A DNA stretch of 64,000 nucleotides from Chiloscyllium plagiosum (lineage: Eukaryota): positions 60,196,137-60,260,136 of the forward strand of contig NC_057718.1 in the NCBI RefSeq assembly GCF_004010195.1. Reading direction: 5' to 3'. The position numbers were made by a program, and so were the translations under genes. Below, in pieces: positions 1 through 10,842 of this stretch (within the stretch, counting starts at the first letter, position 1; each line of letters begins with the position of its first letter). The notes under the pieces are model-generated. The model did not search any database. It was not told where the DNA came from and worked only from the letters and a program-made list of their open reading frames with translations.

Positions 1-248
1 CATTAAGGAGTAGATCAATGTGCAACTCTATGCATATATTGAGTAAGATATTGACTAAGATTTCAAAATATCTTTTCCTAACATAATATAATTTTTCTTT
101 TTATTAGATTATTGTGCTTGATAGAAAATAATTCAAATGAAAGATTTATTATTAACAAGTTCAATATTAATTTCGTGAAATCACTCTCTACTAATCAGGA
201 TATACTTTCTCTGTTGCAGGCAATTCTTCAGACTGATTTCTATGCTTC

Positions 249-452
249 AAGAGAGTGGTGCTGGAAAAGCACAGCAAGTCGGGCAGCAGCCGAAGAGCAG
301 GAAAATCGACATTTTGGGCAAAAGCCCTTCATCAAGGATTATTTTTGCCCGAAACTTCTTGCTCCTCGGATGCTGCCTGACCTGCTAAGCTTTTCCAGCA
401 CCACACTCTTGATTCTAATCTCTAGCATCTGCAGTTCTCAATTTTGCCTAGT
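249..452 (+). mobile_element. Palindromic non-autonomous PLE-type element (inverted terminal repeat + terminal repeat) with degenerate hammerhead centre
   Basis: Arms gagtggtgctggaaaagc...gcttttccagcaccacactc are inverted repeats. The 15-bp direct repeat tgatttctatgcttc lies at 234-248 and 453-467. The minus strand reads TTGATGA-AGGGC-TTTT-GCCC-AAAA-TGTC, a decayed hammerhead. Confidence 0.8.
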
Positions 453-1265
453 TGATTTCTATGCTTCTATGACCACAGCTCACAATAGCACTGGCCACCT
501 CCAAAGCAAAAGCTTGACAAATTGACCTGATATAGGTATTGAGTTCCTTCTTTACATATGCCCACAATCTAAGTCTACTGCAGATACTGTTAATGTACAA
601 CTTCTAATTGTTGTTACCTAATAGGGGAGTTGGTGCACTTTTGCCTAGAGAGATATATCTGTGTACTGCTGTCTTTGCCAGCCAGTTGTGTTGAAGTACT
701 GAAATGCCAGGTCTCTGTTTGGCTGACAACTCTTGGAGATGAAATCTTTGCCTTTAAAGAGAAAGAAATCCCATTTCCAGGATGTTCATTGCATGATAGT
801 CAAGCAAAGTGCAAGTCTTCCAGAAATAGGAGGTTTGCCTCTGGCTTTCTTACCAGTAAATGGATTCATTACTCGTGCCTGTTAAATAACTGCTGAATAA
901 TGAGTTGCATATGACTTGCACAAATAGTACAGGCATTAGTAACTTGTAAATTTCAAGGGACAGGATTCTCTGGATATGGAGTGGTGCACAATTTCTGCTG
1001 CAGTCATTCAGATAAAAACTTCGATGGGGTGTAGTATATGGAAAATCATTGGGATACATGCACATTGAAATAATTGATACATTGGCAAGTTTATGAGAGA
1101 ACTTGTTTTCACAAACAAGTAACTTGGCATTAACTACACACAGGGCTTTGTGCAGATCTTGAAGCCCACCCTTTCCAGTATGAGTTGTAGCCAATTCCAA
1201 CTTGTGGACATCGCCATGATGTAGCATTTGAATTAATGTCTTGGGTCAAATATGATCCACCAACA

Positions 1266-1395
1266 GAAATGAAGGGTCATATTCGACAGAAAATATAAAC
1301 TTAGTTTCTTTTTCCACAGATGTGGCAGATCTACTGAGTTTTTCCATCACTTCGCTTTTATTTTAGATTTACAGCATCTGCAGTTTTTTTTTTCT
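1266..1395 (+). mobile_element. Old PLE-type terminal repeat fragment (second family)
   Basis: Resembles the copies at 27021, 32796 and 53531 (ccacagatg..gcaga.ct.ctgagtttttcca...tttcagattt.cagcatctgcagt). A GTC/GAC stem II remnant sits at the 5' end. Confidence 0.55.
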
Positions 1396-2572
1396 TTTAA
1401 TTATCATCTTATAGCTGATGTTTTCAATTTCACTGTGGCACAATGACTACATGGAAAATCAGACAATGATCTTACAAACTTGGCTTGTGGCCTGGTAGTC
1501 TCAGACTGTCACCATTACGGAGAATTCAGGGTCCCACAACACCTTAGTAATCTGTTCTTTAAAAGATAATGGATTTAGAAGGAATGCAGAGTTGTTCTGG
1601 GAAATATTAGTGTCTCCGTGAAGCATGAACCTGCTGTTTTCTCTCAGTATGCTGCTACTCCTTGTCTCCACCACTGTCACTCTGCCAGTGCCCTTGTTGT
1701 AACCTGTCAGCCATCCCATGTTATTGCAGCCCATGCTATAATGGCACCTATAGTTTACTGCAGAGTCACTGACAGTCTCACAACCTTCCACAGACACTGA
1801 GGTCACACTACATAGAGCAATAAGAGAACTAAAGAAACATGCAATATTAAGAAAATACATGAGAATGAATAGTTGAATATTGTGGAATACCAGATAATCT
1901 TTTGAATTTAGTTGATAAGGAATGGTTTTGTGGTAAGTAACTTCCAGAATGTAATGAAGAGGATACTATGACGATCCATATGAGTAAACAGTTTAGGTGT
2001 GAGTGTGTGGTTCAATGACCATCTAAGGTTGCATTCATGGACTAATGCACCCATGGACAGCAGCATAGATGTAACAGCTGTCTCTTCCCTTTTACCACCT
2101 CCTCATTCTTCTCTTCTTGAGGTACTGGCAAATATAGTGCACTTATCATGTCCCGTGACAACAAGATAGAACAAACTTCTAAGAATTAGGACACTCACTG
2201 TGGCAAGAACTAGCATCCCCTCTGGTTAAGGCAGCAGAAACATTGCCTTAGCAGGCATGTTTTTTGCTCTATGACGTTCCTCATGGCAATCTAGCTGTCA
2301 ATATACACATCTGGTTGGGCTGCAAGGTGTGTGTCTTGCATTAAATATAGAATGGATGACCCTTGTTAACAAATTATCAACCCCCAGTGTGGTGTGAAAG
2401 CTAAAGTTTTGTGGGAACAGGGCAGACTGATACTGATGTGAGCTTTTATCAAAATGATATGCAGAATGGAGAAAATGGTAAAACTTGTTAATTTTGGTTT
2501 CACACATCTCGCATAATTTAAAATGAATGTCCACTATAACCAGTACACTCACATTCGTTTACAAGTATTACT

Positions 2573-2792
2573 AGTTGTTATTGGATTTTCCCTCAGGTTG
2601 TTCAGCAATTGGTAACCTTCATGATTTTGGCATGGGTAAGGGCCTGAGGCGGGAATTGAACCCGGGTCTCTGGCGCTGCGAGGCAGCAGTGCTAACCACT
2701 GTGCCACCGTGCCGCCCACAAAGTTGTTATTGGATTTTCCCTCAGATTGTTCAGCAATTGGTAACCTTCATGATTTTGGCATGGGTAAGGGC
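2573..2792. repeat. 71-bp direct duplication flanking the SINE head
   Basis: 2573-2643 and 2722-2792 are identical except for one g/a substitution. Confidence 0.95.
2644..2721 (-). mobile_element. HE1 (V-SINE) tRNA-derived head fragment
   Basis: The reverse complement reads gggcggcacggtggcacagtggttagcactgctgcctcgcagcgccagagacccgggttcaattcccgcctcag (A box and B box), nearly identical to the heads at 34443 and 38291. Confidence 0.9.
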
Positions 2793-3289
2793 ACACTGCT
2801 TTTACCTTGGATGGAAGTGAGAGCAATGCTCTCAGAAAAATCTCGATACATAAGACTTTGCAATCACAGGCAATGCCTTCCCCATATACAGCAACAATTG
2901 CTGCAAACTTTACCAAAAGTTAACAGTTCCCTCAAAACACACAGGACTTTCACATTCTCAAATAAAGTCAATAGAAAGTAATCAACAATTAATCTCGGCA
3001 AATTGATATGATTATTTTCTGGTGCTGGTAGAAGTGATGGCTGGGGTTGATGACGAAAATGAGACTCCAATGCTAAACTCATGTTTTCTGAAAAAGTGCT
3101 GAATTCTAAAATATTGGGTCTCACATCTAATTAATGTTAGATACTCATTGATCTACCTAATCTGAATGCTTCAGGTTTACATCCATTAGGGCTCAAAATG
3201 GGTAAAAGCAACCAGGTGCAGTTTTGCCACTAAACTGACATCTATAGTACTTGAACTACCAGCAAATATGGAGGTGAATATTTGCTGAT

Positions 3290-3494
3290 AAAGCTACTGT
3301 GATAGCCGCAACAGTTTCAGCCCCGTCTTACTGGAGGAGTAGACTTCTGAGTAAAAACATGGTTGGCCACCCCCCCACCACCACCATGTCGCACCTGAGT
3401 GACACGCTTCGAGTGGGTGTCAACTTCAGTTAACTGTTTGCTCGCCAGAGCTTTCCGATTTTTCGATGTTCGGATAAAGGATCTTCTACCTGTA
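3290..3494. mobile_element. Tigger/pogo-like (Tc1/mariner superfamily) DNA transposon end
   Basis: Ends ttcggataaaggatcttctacctg+TA (reverse complement CAGGTAGAAGATCCTTTATCCGAA), resembling Tigger-type TIRs with a TA target. Locally CpG-rich. The opposite TIR is not seen. Confidence 0.55.
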
Positions 3495-5429
3495 CCGACA
3501 AAAGTTTTTTTAAATGGAAGAGGAGGAGGTTTGCATCTCCACTTTCATGCTACACACTGAGGGATAGAAATAGGTATACTTTGTGCCTAAATTTTGCGTA
3601 TAACTTTGGGAGAATCTTGTCATGAAATTATCTGCACATAAGTTGTCAAATTTGTGGTTCCCCTAAATAAGGTTACAATTAATTTACAGTACTTCAATAA
3701 TGTAAATACTAAAATGTCAATGTGGATTACAGCCACTTTTTATTCATTTCATTATGTCAAGTATTGGTCTAGAAGAAGTATTCTCCCAAAATGTAGTGAA
3801 AAATAACAACAGGAATTCCATCCTTCTTGGACATGGTAATGGTGCTCATTTTTCTGTACTACATAGCAAAGACATTCCTTTAATCCAGTGTTCTTCAGAT
3901 CTGTGTGGACTTTGAAGACTCAGTTTTTGTTACATTTGTTATTCTATTATAAATTCCATTCCAAACGATGTTGACACTGGTAATGAATATACGGGTCAAA
4001 ATAATTTAGCGTTCTCCACTGAATTAGCCTCAATAGACAAACTAATTATTTTCTAGAAACCATAATTATTTTCTAGCAGTCTTCGATAAAGCAATGATGT
4101 GCTTATGGGAGCATAATGTATTTTATTAAGGTATAGTGCTGGAAATGATTCAATTAAAAATCAAAAAAGGACCATAATTTTCCCTGTGAGTATATTACTG
4201 CTGTTCAATCATATCTTCTTCCCAATGAGTATTGAATTAGTTTTCTATTGTACAACGTATCTTTCTTCTCCATTTACAATATTTTTTGGTGAGAGTAAAA
4301 TGGGGAATGTAATAAAGATGAATTTTAATATTTTTGACAGACATTCTGTAATTTTAAGACATAGTAGATATAATTTATCAATGGTTTGTGTTAACTCTGT
4401 ATTAGACAACTTGCAGATACAGAGAGTCATTCCACATGCTGCTTGCATACTGATAAGCTAATGCATCATCATTTATAATGAACAACTTGGAGATAGTGGC
4501 ATAATTGTGACAACTTTTCTTTTGTGATGGCCAGATTGCGGATTAATAATGTCATAACTATCTGATCTGTGACTGGTAATTCATTGGAGTGATCATGTTC
4601 TTACACTTGATGTGACTAAAAGTCAGAGATGATTGGGGTCTTCATTTCAAAACTTTGATGTATAAAGTCTTGCAACACTTAAGCAGAATGGTTTTGAATT
4701 ACATCTGATTTTTTTGCTTTTTCAGAATTTTTGTAATAAAAACTCTGGGGGACTGCATATTTAAACAGATGTTAAGCAAAGCAAAATGTAGTCATATTTG
4801 TGGCATTACTACATTAATTTTATAATAACTGATATTATTAGTCAAAGACTTTGGTGGCATACTATAAGAATATTGCCTTGAACAGAGCCAGGAGAGTTCC
4901 ATTTTGACATCCATTTACCCTGATTTATTATTTTTATTGCTTGTGTTCCTAGTTGTACTTAACTCACCTCCTCTAAAAAAGATCAAAACGGAAAGTAATT
5001 AAGGAAATTGAAAGAAAATAGTGACAGGAGAGAGAAGGAAAAGGTGAAAGAGGAAAGAAATGAAAGTAATTTACACAACATGTGAGAAGGAATTATGGTT
5101 GAAAATGGCAAGGTAAGGGACGGAAAAAAGGTGTGAAGGTCAACTCCCTTTGAGGCAAAATGCTTTGTTGCATTATATTTAATTGTGCCTTCATCCTATA
5201 TGATTCTCAGTACTAATTAAAGTGTTATACATGTATGTGCTCGTAATAAAAAATGTGAATTTAGCATTTTTATAACAGATCCAGTACTTCATAATTAAGA
5301 TTTCTTTATAAATTGGTCATTTCTACTTGGTAAGAATAAAACAGAACCAGACATCAGAAATGCATAAATGAATAACTTAACATTTCCAGTGATAACAGAG
5401 AACAGCTCACTGCCTGCAATTGGTATGTT

Positions 5430-5555
5430 CTGGGTTAGTGCCCTACCTCACACCAGTGCAGTAGCACCATCACCACAAGGACCACAGTGATTCAAAGAAA
5501 ATGACCTCTCTCTCTATCTCCTCAAGGCAACAATGGATGGACAATAAATATGTTT
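5430..5555 (+). mobile_element. Decayed 3' tail of a CR1/L2-group LINE (second lineage)
   Basis: caccacaaggaccacagtgattcaaaga...ctcaaggcaacaatggatggacaataaat resembles the tail shared with the SINE at 9460. Confidence 0.45.
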
Positions 5556-7084
5556 ACTAACACTTTGTGGTTTTCCAAATGTTAACTTGCATACCATGAA
5601 GACCAGATTCTGTTGAGTCAGATATTCACATCCTGAAACAAATGTCACAAAAATAATCCTACTGTTTTGAAGTAAATTAATGGCAGGGAGAAAATTCTAT
5701 GGGTCATCAATACCCTATGAAATTCAATCAACATATTTATATCTCCTTAGAGCAGAGAACCCACAGAGGAGATTTAAAATTGGTGTTTAAAATTAGGAAG
5801 GATTTTTGGAGAGTAAATAAAGTGGAACAGCTTTTAATGTCTGAACAATTGATAACCATAAGGCACAGATCATATTTGACAATGGAACCAAAAGCAAGAT
5901 GAAGCATAATTTTGCATGAGTAAAATAATATGTATGCTAGCAAACTGCAATGAAACTATCAGTGAGTCAGCATTTATGAAGAGAGGAAGAGTTAACATTT
6001 TAAGGTATTGCCTTTCTTTCAGACTTTTCTCTAAACTACTTGTAGTACCTATTGCAGAGTTCATGCTTCCTCTGATCAGATTGGTGCAGTTACACCTCAG
6101 AAAGGCACATGTGCTCATTAAAAATATTGTTTCAGTACCCATTTCTCATGGTCCCTACGACCAAGTGATTGGATATATGCAGTGGAATGTAGATGTTAAT
6201 ATTGCATTATGGCACAGATTCCAGACGAAACAGGCTTGCACCTTTAAGATAGTTACATGACATCATAACATGTGATTTTCTATCTTACCTTCAGTCACTG
6301 TTTCTGTGCAATTAAGTCATTGCAGTGTGCTTAGTCACTATGCATGCATAATATACAACATCAGTAGGAAAATAACCCACATTATGTGTATAAGTTTGTG
6401 ATATTGTACCCATGTAAATTATGTGATTAATAAACTTCAAGATATCTGACACAACAGGACCTGGTCGTCATGGTATATGCTATGCAGGCTAACATAAAGA
6501 AAACCACAAAGTGTATCATAGTGGTAGTACATTAAAAGTTCTTTGTAATGGCTGTAAGGTTGAACAAGTGATAGAAGTCTGGCAGTTGTGAAATTTCAAC
6601 AGGTCAACCATATACCTGTTTGAGTTCAGAACTGAGATTCCCAGCTACAAGCAAAGCTAAAGGCTAGAAAGCCGGAGTGAAGCATATTGACATCTATCTC
6701 TTTTGGAGAAAACAAACAATAGTTTATAAGAGACCAAAGACAGCTCCATTTGAAAGATGACTCTTATATGGTGCTGAAAAGACAGCTCCAACCTAATAAA
6801 CTGATTCTTGAATAGGAAAAAAGAGAGAAAAAAGTAAGAGAATAGTTTTATATATCAACAAACCTTACCTGTTCTCAATCATCAGTTGGTTCCATCATCT
6901 GGACACTTGAAAAAAGTTGCAAAGGCAAAGAGAAGATTCACACATCATGTCATCATTGCTATTTTCTCACTGAGGATGCCATCTAAAGGTACAAGCCTGC
7001 AACTTAAAAGAACAGCTACTTTAGTGCAAAAATGACAGAAAAAGCAGGGAAGCCAAGATTCCAAATAATATTTTCTACATCTAA

Positions 7085-7370
7085 GGACATGATTGATTTC
7101 TAACTATTTGTAATTATTTCACCAAATTCTCCTTTGTGAGATAAGTCACAGATACCACTAATGAAATGGTTATTAACACATTGGCACCAAGTACACTCCA
7201 TGTTCAATGTACCTCAACAAACTGTGTCCAATGATGGTTGCCTGTACACAAGTTCACCCTTCCATAACATATACAGAAAATGGGATATTCAACATATTAC
7301 TTCTTCTTCCCGTTACCCTCAGTCAAGATGTCTCGCAGAAAATAGTGTTTGTACAACAAAACCAAAGCTA
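7085..7370 (+). mobile_element. Gypsy-type LTR retrotransposon integrase core remnant
   Basis: Translates to GHD.FLTICNYFTKFSFVR ... SMFNVPQQTVSNDG..YTS..F...KWDIQHITSSSRYPQS..LAE, matching the rve pattern FG.P..IVSDNG.Q....W.I.HITSSP.YPQSNG.AE. Confidence 0.75.
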
Positions 7371-7454
7371 TATATGCAAGACTGAAAGTTTTAATATGTT
7401 AGTGTTTGCTGTATTTGAATCTGCCACTGCATAAATGAATTTACTTAAATATAG

Positions 7455-7858
7455 CAATAGGCTCTTTTCCCTGGAACATCAGAGGCTGAGGGGAGACCTT
7501 ATAGAGGCATACAAATTATGAGGGTCATAGATAGGGTGAATAGCCAAGACCTTTTTCCCAGGATGGGGCAATCTAAAAAACTAGGTTTAAGGTGATAGGG
7601 GAAGGATATAAAAGGGGCAACTTTTTCACACAGAGGGTGGTGCTTGTATGGATGAGCTGCCAGAGGAAGTGGTGGAGACTGGTACAATTACGACATTTAA
7701 AAGGCATATGGATGGGTACATGAATAAGAAGGGTTTATAGGGATATGGGCTAAATGTGGCAAATGGGACTAGATTAGTTTAGGATATCTGGTCGGCATGG
7801 ATAAGTTGGACCAAAAGGTCTGTTTCCATGTTATATGTCTCTATGACTCTATGACTCC
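7455..7858 (+). mobile_element. CR1 (HER1-like) LINE 3' end
   Basis: [18 protein letters not shown] motif, 3' UTR and (CTATGACT)n tail. Confidence 0.9.
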
Positions 7859-8537
7859 ATCCTGTGATCAGATTAAGATCTGAAATGAATCAATCAAATA
7901 AGCTCATTTTCCTCAATCTGCCAATTAAGTAATTATATGGAGCTGTTTTCTCTCATTGTCTACTGCAAACTTATCTGCACTGGTCAATATTCACACTGGA
8001 ATTTTAACATTCCATGTGCTATAAAATTGGATTTCTTGACAACCTCATAAATAGAGCACGTCATTTGTTCACTGTGCAAGCTTGATGCTAAGATCTAGAA
8101 TATCAAATCATCCAGTGGGATAATGGCAATCTGATCAAGCCATTTTTCACTGTATATCACAGAAACACATGAATGGCTTTAAGTGTCCAGTCTATCACAA
8201 ATTATCCTGGAAGAGTAAGGGATTTCAAAGGTCTGAGCAACTGGAGAAGCTAGCTATTTCACACTGCTGCTATGTTGTGGTATCACATGACTTCTAACAC
8301 TGCTACTATGCAGTAGAAACACATGTGGTGTTCACTATGAACAAAATGCTGCTATTGAGCCAAAATGCTATTTTACCCATCACAAAAAACAGTAATAAAG
8401 TATACAAATTTCGGTGTGAGTGTGACACCAGATACTTAAGCAATATGTCCTAATGATTGTCAGATCCTCTCAAACAGGATATCTTATCAGTTGTTTGCAA
8501 TGAACAAGGTCCTGACCACACCAATAAGCTTACACTC

Positions 8538-8843
8538 AGAGTCATAGAAGCATACAGCACAGAATCAGATCCGTCAGTCCAACGCATCTATGCCAAGTTT
8601 CTCTCTAAACCCTTTCTATTCATGTACCTATCCAAATATTCTTTAAATCTTGTAACTGTACCTGCATCTATCAATTCCTCTGGCAGTTCATTCCACATAT
8701 GAACCACCCTCTGTGTGAAAAACTTGCCTCTCAGATCTCTTTTAAATCTTTCTCCTCTCACCTTAAACATATGCCTCCTAGTTTTGAACCTCCCCCACCG
8801 AAGGAAAATATATTTGCTAATTAGCTTACCCTTCATGATTTTA
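8538..8843 (-). mobile_element. CR1 LINE 3' end
   Basis: ORF 8588-8836(-) FKRDLRGKFFTQRVVHMWNELPEE is the CR1 ORF2 C-terminus, and the tail lies at 8538. Confidence 0.85.
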
Positions 8844-9592
8844 CAAAAAACTTCCCTGGAGAGTTGGTTGGCTGGCTGCTGTGGCTCAGATTGGTGTCAA
8901 CATTATGGATTTGTTCCCAATTTTCGCTGGTGTGGATTTCGGATCATCTCCTTACCATAGCCATGACTGTGGCACTTTAGCTAGGATCTGCCATTGGATA
9001 GAGGACAGAGGTAGTTACTTCTCACCCTTGGTTTCCCTCTTATTATGGTATGAAATTCGCAATGGTCAACTACAAGTTTTTGATTTTAAAACTTAACCAC
9101 TTTATTTATTTTCTTTATTTTGTCACAATCTGGGAACTTTTGTTGGCAATTAAAGAGGAGCCCTTGTTGAAATAGATTCAAAGCCAAAAAGGTTACAGAC
9201 ACTGTATGGCCTTTTATGCATTTTCAATACTTCGATGTTTTCATTCCTGATCTTCAGCATCAGTACAATTTTGCTTTTTAGCTATAACCAGAATTTGTAA
9301 ATTATTAAGGGTGTTGTAATACAAAAAGGCATATGATTAAACTCATGTAATGGGCACCAAATTAATTTGATTTTTAGGAAGAGTTACTGGGATTTTCCTC
9401 ATCAAAGTGAAAAAAAAACCCTCCTGCTCTACTCCTCTTGAATGAGACATTTTTAAAAAATTCATTCATTCATGAGGGCATCACTGACTGGACCAGCATT
9501 TATTGCCCATCCCTAATGCCCCAGAGGGCAGTTAAGAGTCAACCACATCGCTGTGGGTCCAGAGTTACAGGTAGGCCAGACCACGTAAGGAG

Positions 9593-9798
9593 CTGAAAAT
9601 GTCTTGCTGGAAAAGCGCAGCAGGTCAGGCAGCATCCACGGAGCAGGAGAATCGACATTTCGGGCATGAGCCCTTCTTCAGGATCATGCCCGAAATGTCG
9701 AATCTCCTGCTCCTTGGATGCTGCCTGACCTGCTGCGCTTTTCCAGCAACACATTTTCAGCTCTGATCTCCAGCATCTGCAGTCCTCACTTTCTCCTC
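9593..9798 (+). mobile_element. Young palindromic PLE-type element with hammerhead centre
   Basis: Near-perfect inverted arms (agctgaaaatgtcttgctggaaaagcgcagcaggtcaggcagcatcc / ggatgctgcctgacctgctgcgcttttccagcaacacattttcagct). A perfect 17-bp TSD ccagaccacgtaaggag lies at 9576-9592 and 9799-9815. Confidence 0.9.
9650..9685 (-). ncRNA. Minimal type I hammerhead ribozyme motif
   Basis: The minus strand reads GATC-CTGAAGA-A-GGGC-TCAT-GCCC-GAAA-TGTC-GATT: conserved core, 4-bp stem II, stem I GATC/GATT and a GUC cleavage triplet. Helix III is ATGT, a CpG-decayed ACGT. Confidence 0.75.
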
Positions 9799-10237
9799 CC
9801 AGACCACGTAAGGAGTGCAGTTTCCTTCCCTGAAGGGCATTCATGATCTAGATAGTTTTTTTTTCCCAACAATTTACAATAGATTCATGGTCATCATTAG
9901 ACTTTTAACTGCAATTTCTAAAATTGAACTCAAATTCCACCATCCGTCCTAGTCGGTTTCAAACCCGGGTCACCATCTGGGTCTCTGGAATTAACTCACA
10001 AAACGTGCAACACGGTATTAAACATTAGATATGATTTAGCAATTGGACAACAATTGTTCAATAATCCCGAGTGTGTGAAGAATTATAATGATAAACAATT
10101 TAAGATTACAGTCTGGCTTGCAATGTTGTGCACTTGCATGTACTGGAAGCTACATATATTAAAATATATGGGCCTGTTATTTGTAAACAGAAAGAACATA
10201 TACAGGCACCGTGTCTGTTGCAATTCGACATAAAAGC

Positions 10238-10570
10238 TGGTACGACAGTTCAGTGGTTAGATTGCTGCCAAGAAACCAGGTTTGATTCTGGGCAACTATC
10301 TATGTGAAGTTTGCAAATTCTCTCTGTGTCTGCATAGGTTTCCTCTGGGTGCTCTGGTTTCCTCCCACAGTCCAAAGATGTGCAGGTTGGGTGGATTGCC
10401 AAGCCAAATTGCTCACAGTGTCCACGGATGTGTAGGTTAGATGGGTTGGTCATGGGAAATGCAGGGTAACAGGGATAGGGTAGGGTGTATGTGGGATGCT
10501 CTTCAGAGGGTCAGTGTGGACTTGATGAACTGAATGGCATGTTTCCACATTGTAGGGGTTCTATGATTCA
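10238..10570 (+). mobile_element. HE1 SINE
   Basis: tRNA-like head, V-domain ggtttcctcccacagtccaaagatgtgcagg and CR1-like 3' tail. Confidence 0.9.
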
Positions 10571-10609
10571 ATTCACTGACATATTTCTTGGGGCAATGCT
10601 TGACAAATC

Positions 10610-10842
10610 ACAGTAAACCTGTCTGGTTTAAAATTTGAATGATGTTAACTGTCAACCATTATTAACTTGTGACTTTCCATGGTAATGCCCCTACTAATCA
10701 GAGTCTACTTGCCTACCAATCAACACTCTTCTTTCATACAGTGTCTATGTTATTTTTCCCTTTGAATTGGTATTCTTGTGGATTATCCTGATAAGTGCAA
10801 GATGGAAAGTTTCAACAAAATATATTTTCTTTCTCAGCATTA
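10610..10842 (+). mobile_element. Decayed PLE-type terminal repeat (third family) with hammerhead remnant at 10784-10817
   Basis: TATC-CTGATAA-GT-GCAAG-AT-GGAAA-GTTTC-AACA is a few transitions from TGTC-CTGATGA-GT-GCAAG-AC-GAAA-AGCTTC-GACA. CCAATCA boxes lie upstream. Confidence 0.45.

Larger units (their letters stand above)
9460..9990 (-). mobile_element. tRNA-derived SINE with (ATGA)n-type tail, interrupted by the palindromic element
   Basis: B-box-like gggtttgaaacc near 9955-9970 on the minus strand. The tail gggatgggcaataaatgctgg...atgaatgaatgaa is shared with the LINE tail at 5430. The sequence is collinear across the insertion. Confidence 0.65.

Noticed and set aside
112..525. 137-aa ORF and other short ORFs over repeats
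   Set aside because: They are chance frames through the palindromic element, SINEs or antisense CR1; none resembles a host protein.
2573..2792. Repeat-spacer-repeat pattern resembling CRISPR
   Set aside because: There are only two 71-bp repeats, the spacer is a SINE head, the context is eukaryotic and no cas genes are present.
9593..9798. Interpretation as a pre-miRNA or a classical MITE
   Set aside because: It is multi-copy and asymmetric, with long variable TSDs and a hammerhead core, which fits a PLE-derived retro-insertion better.
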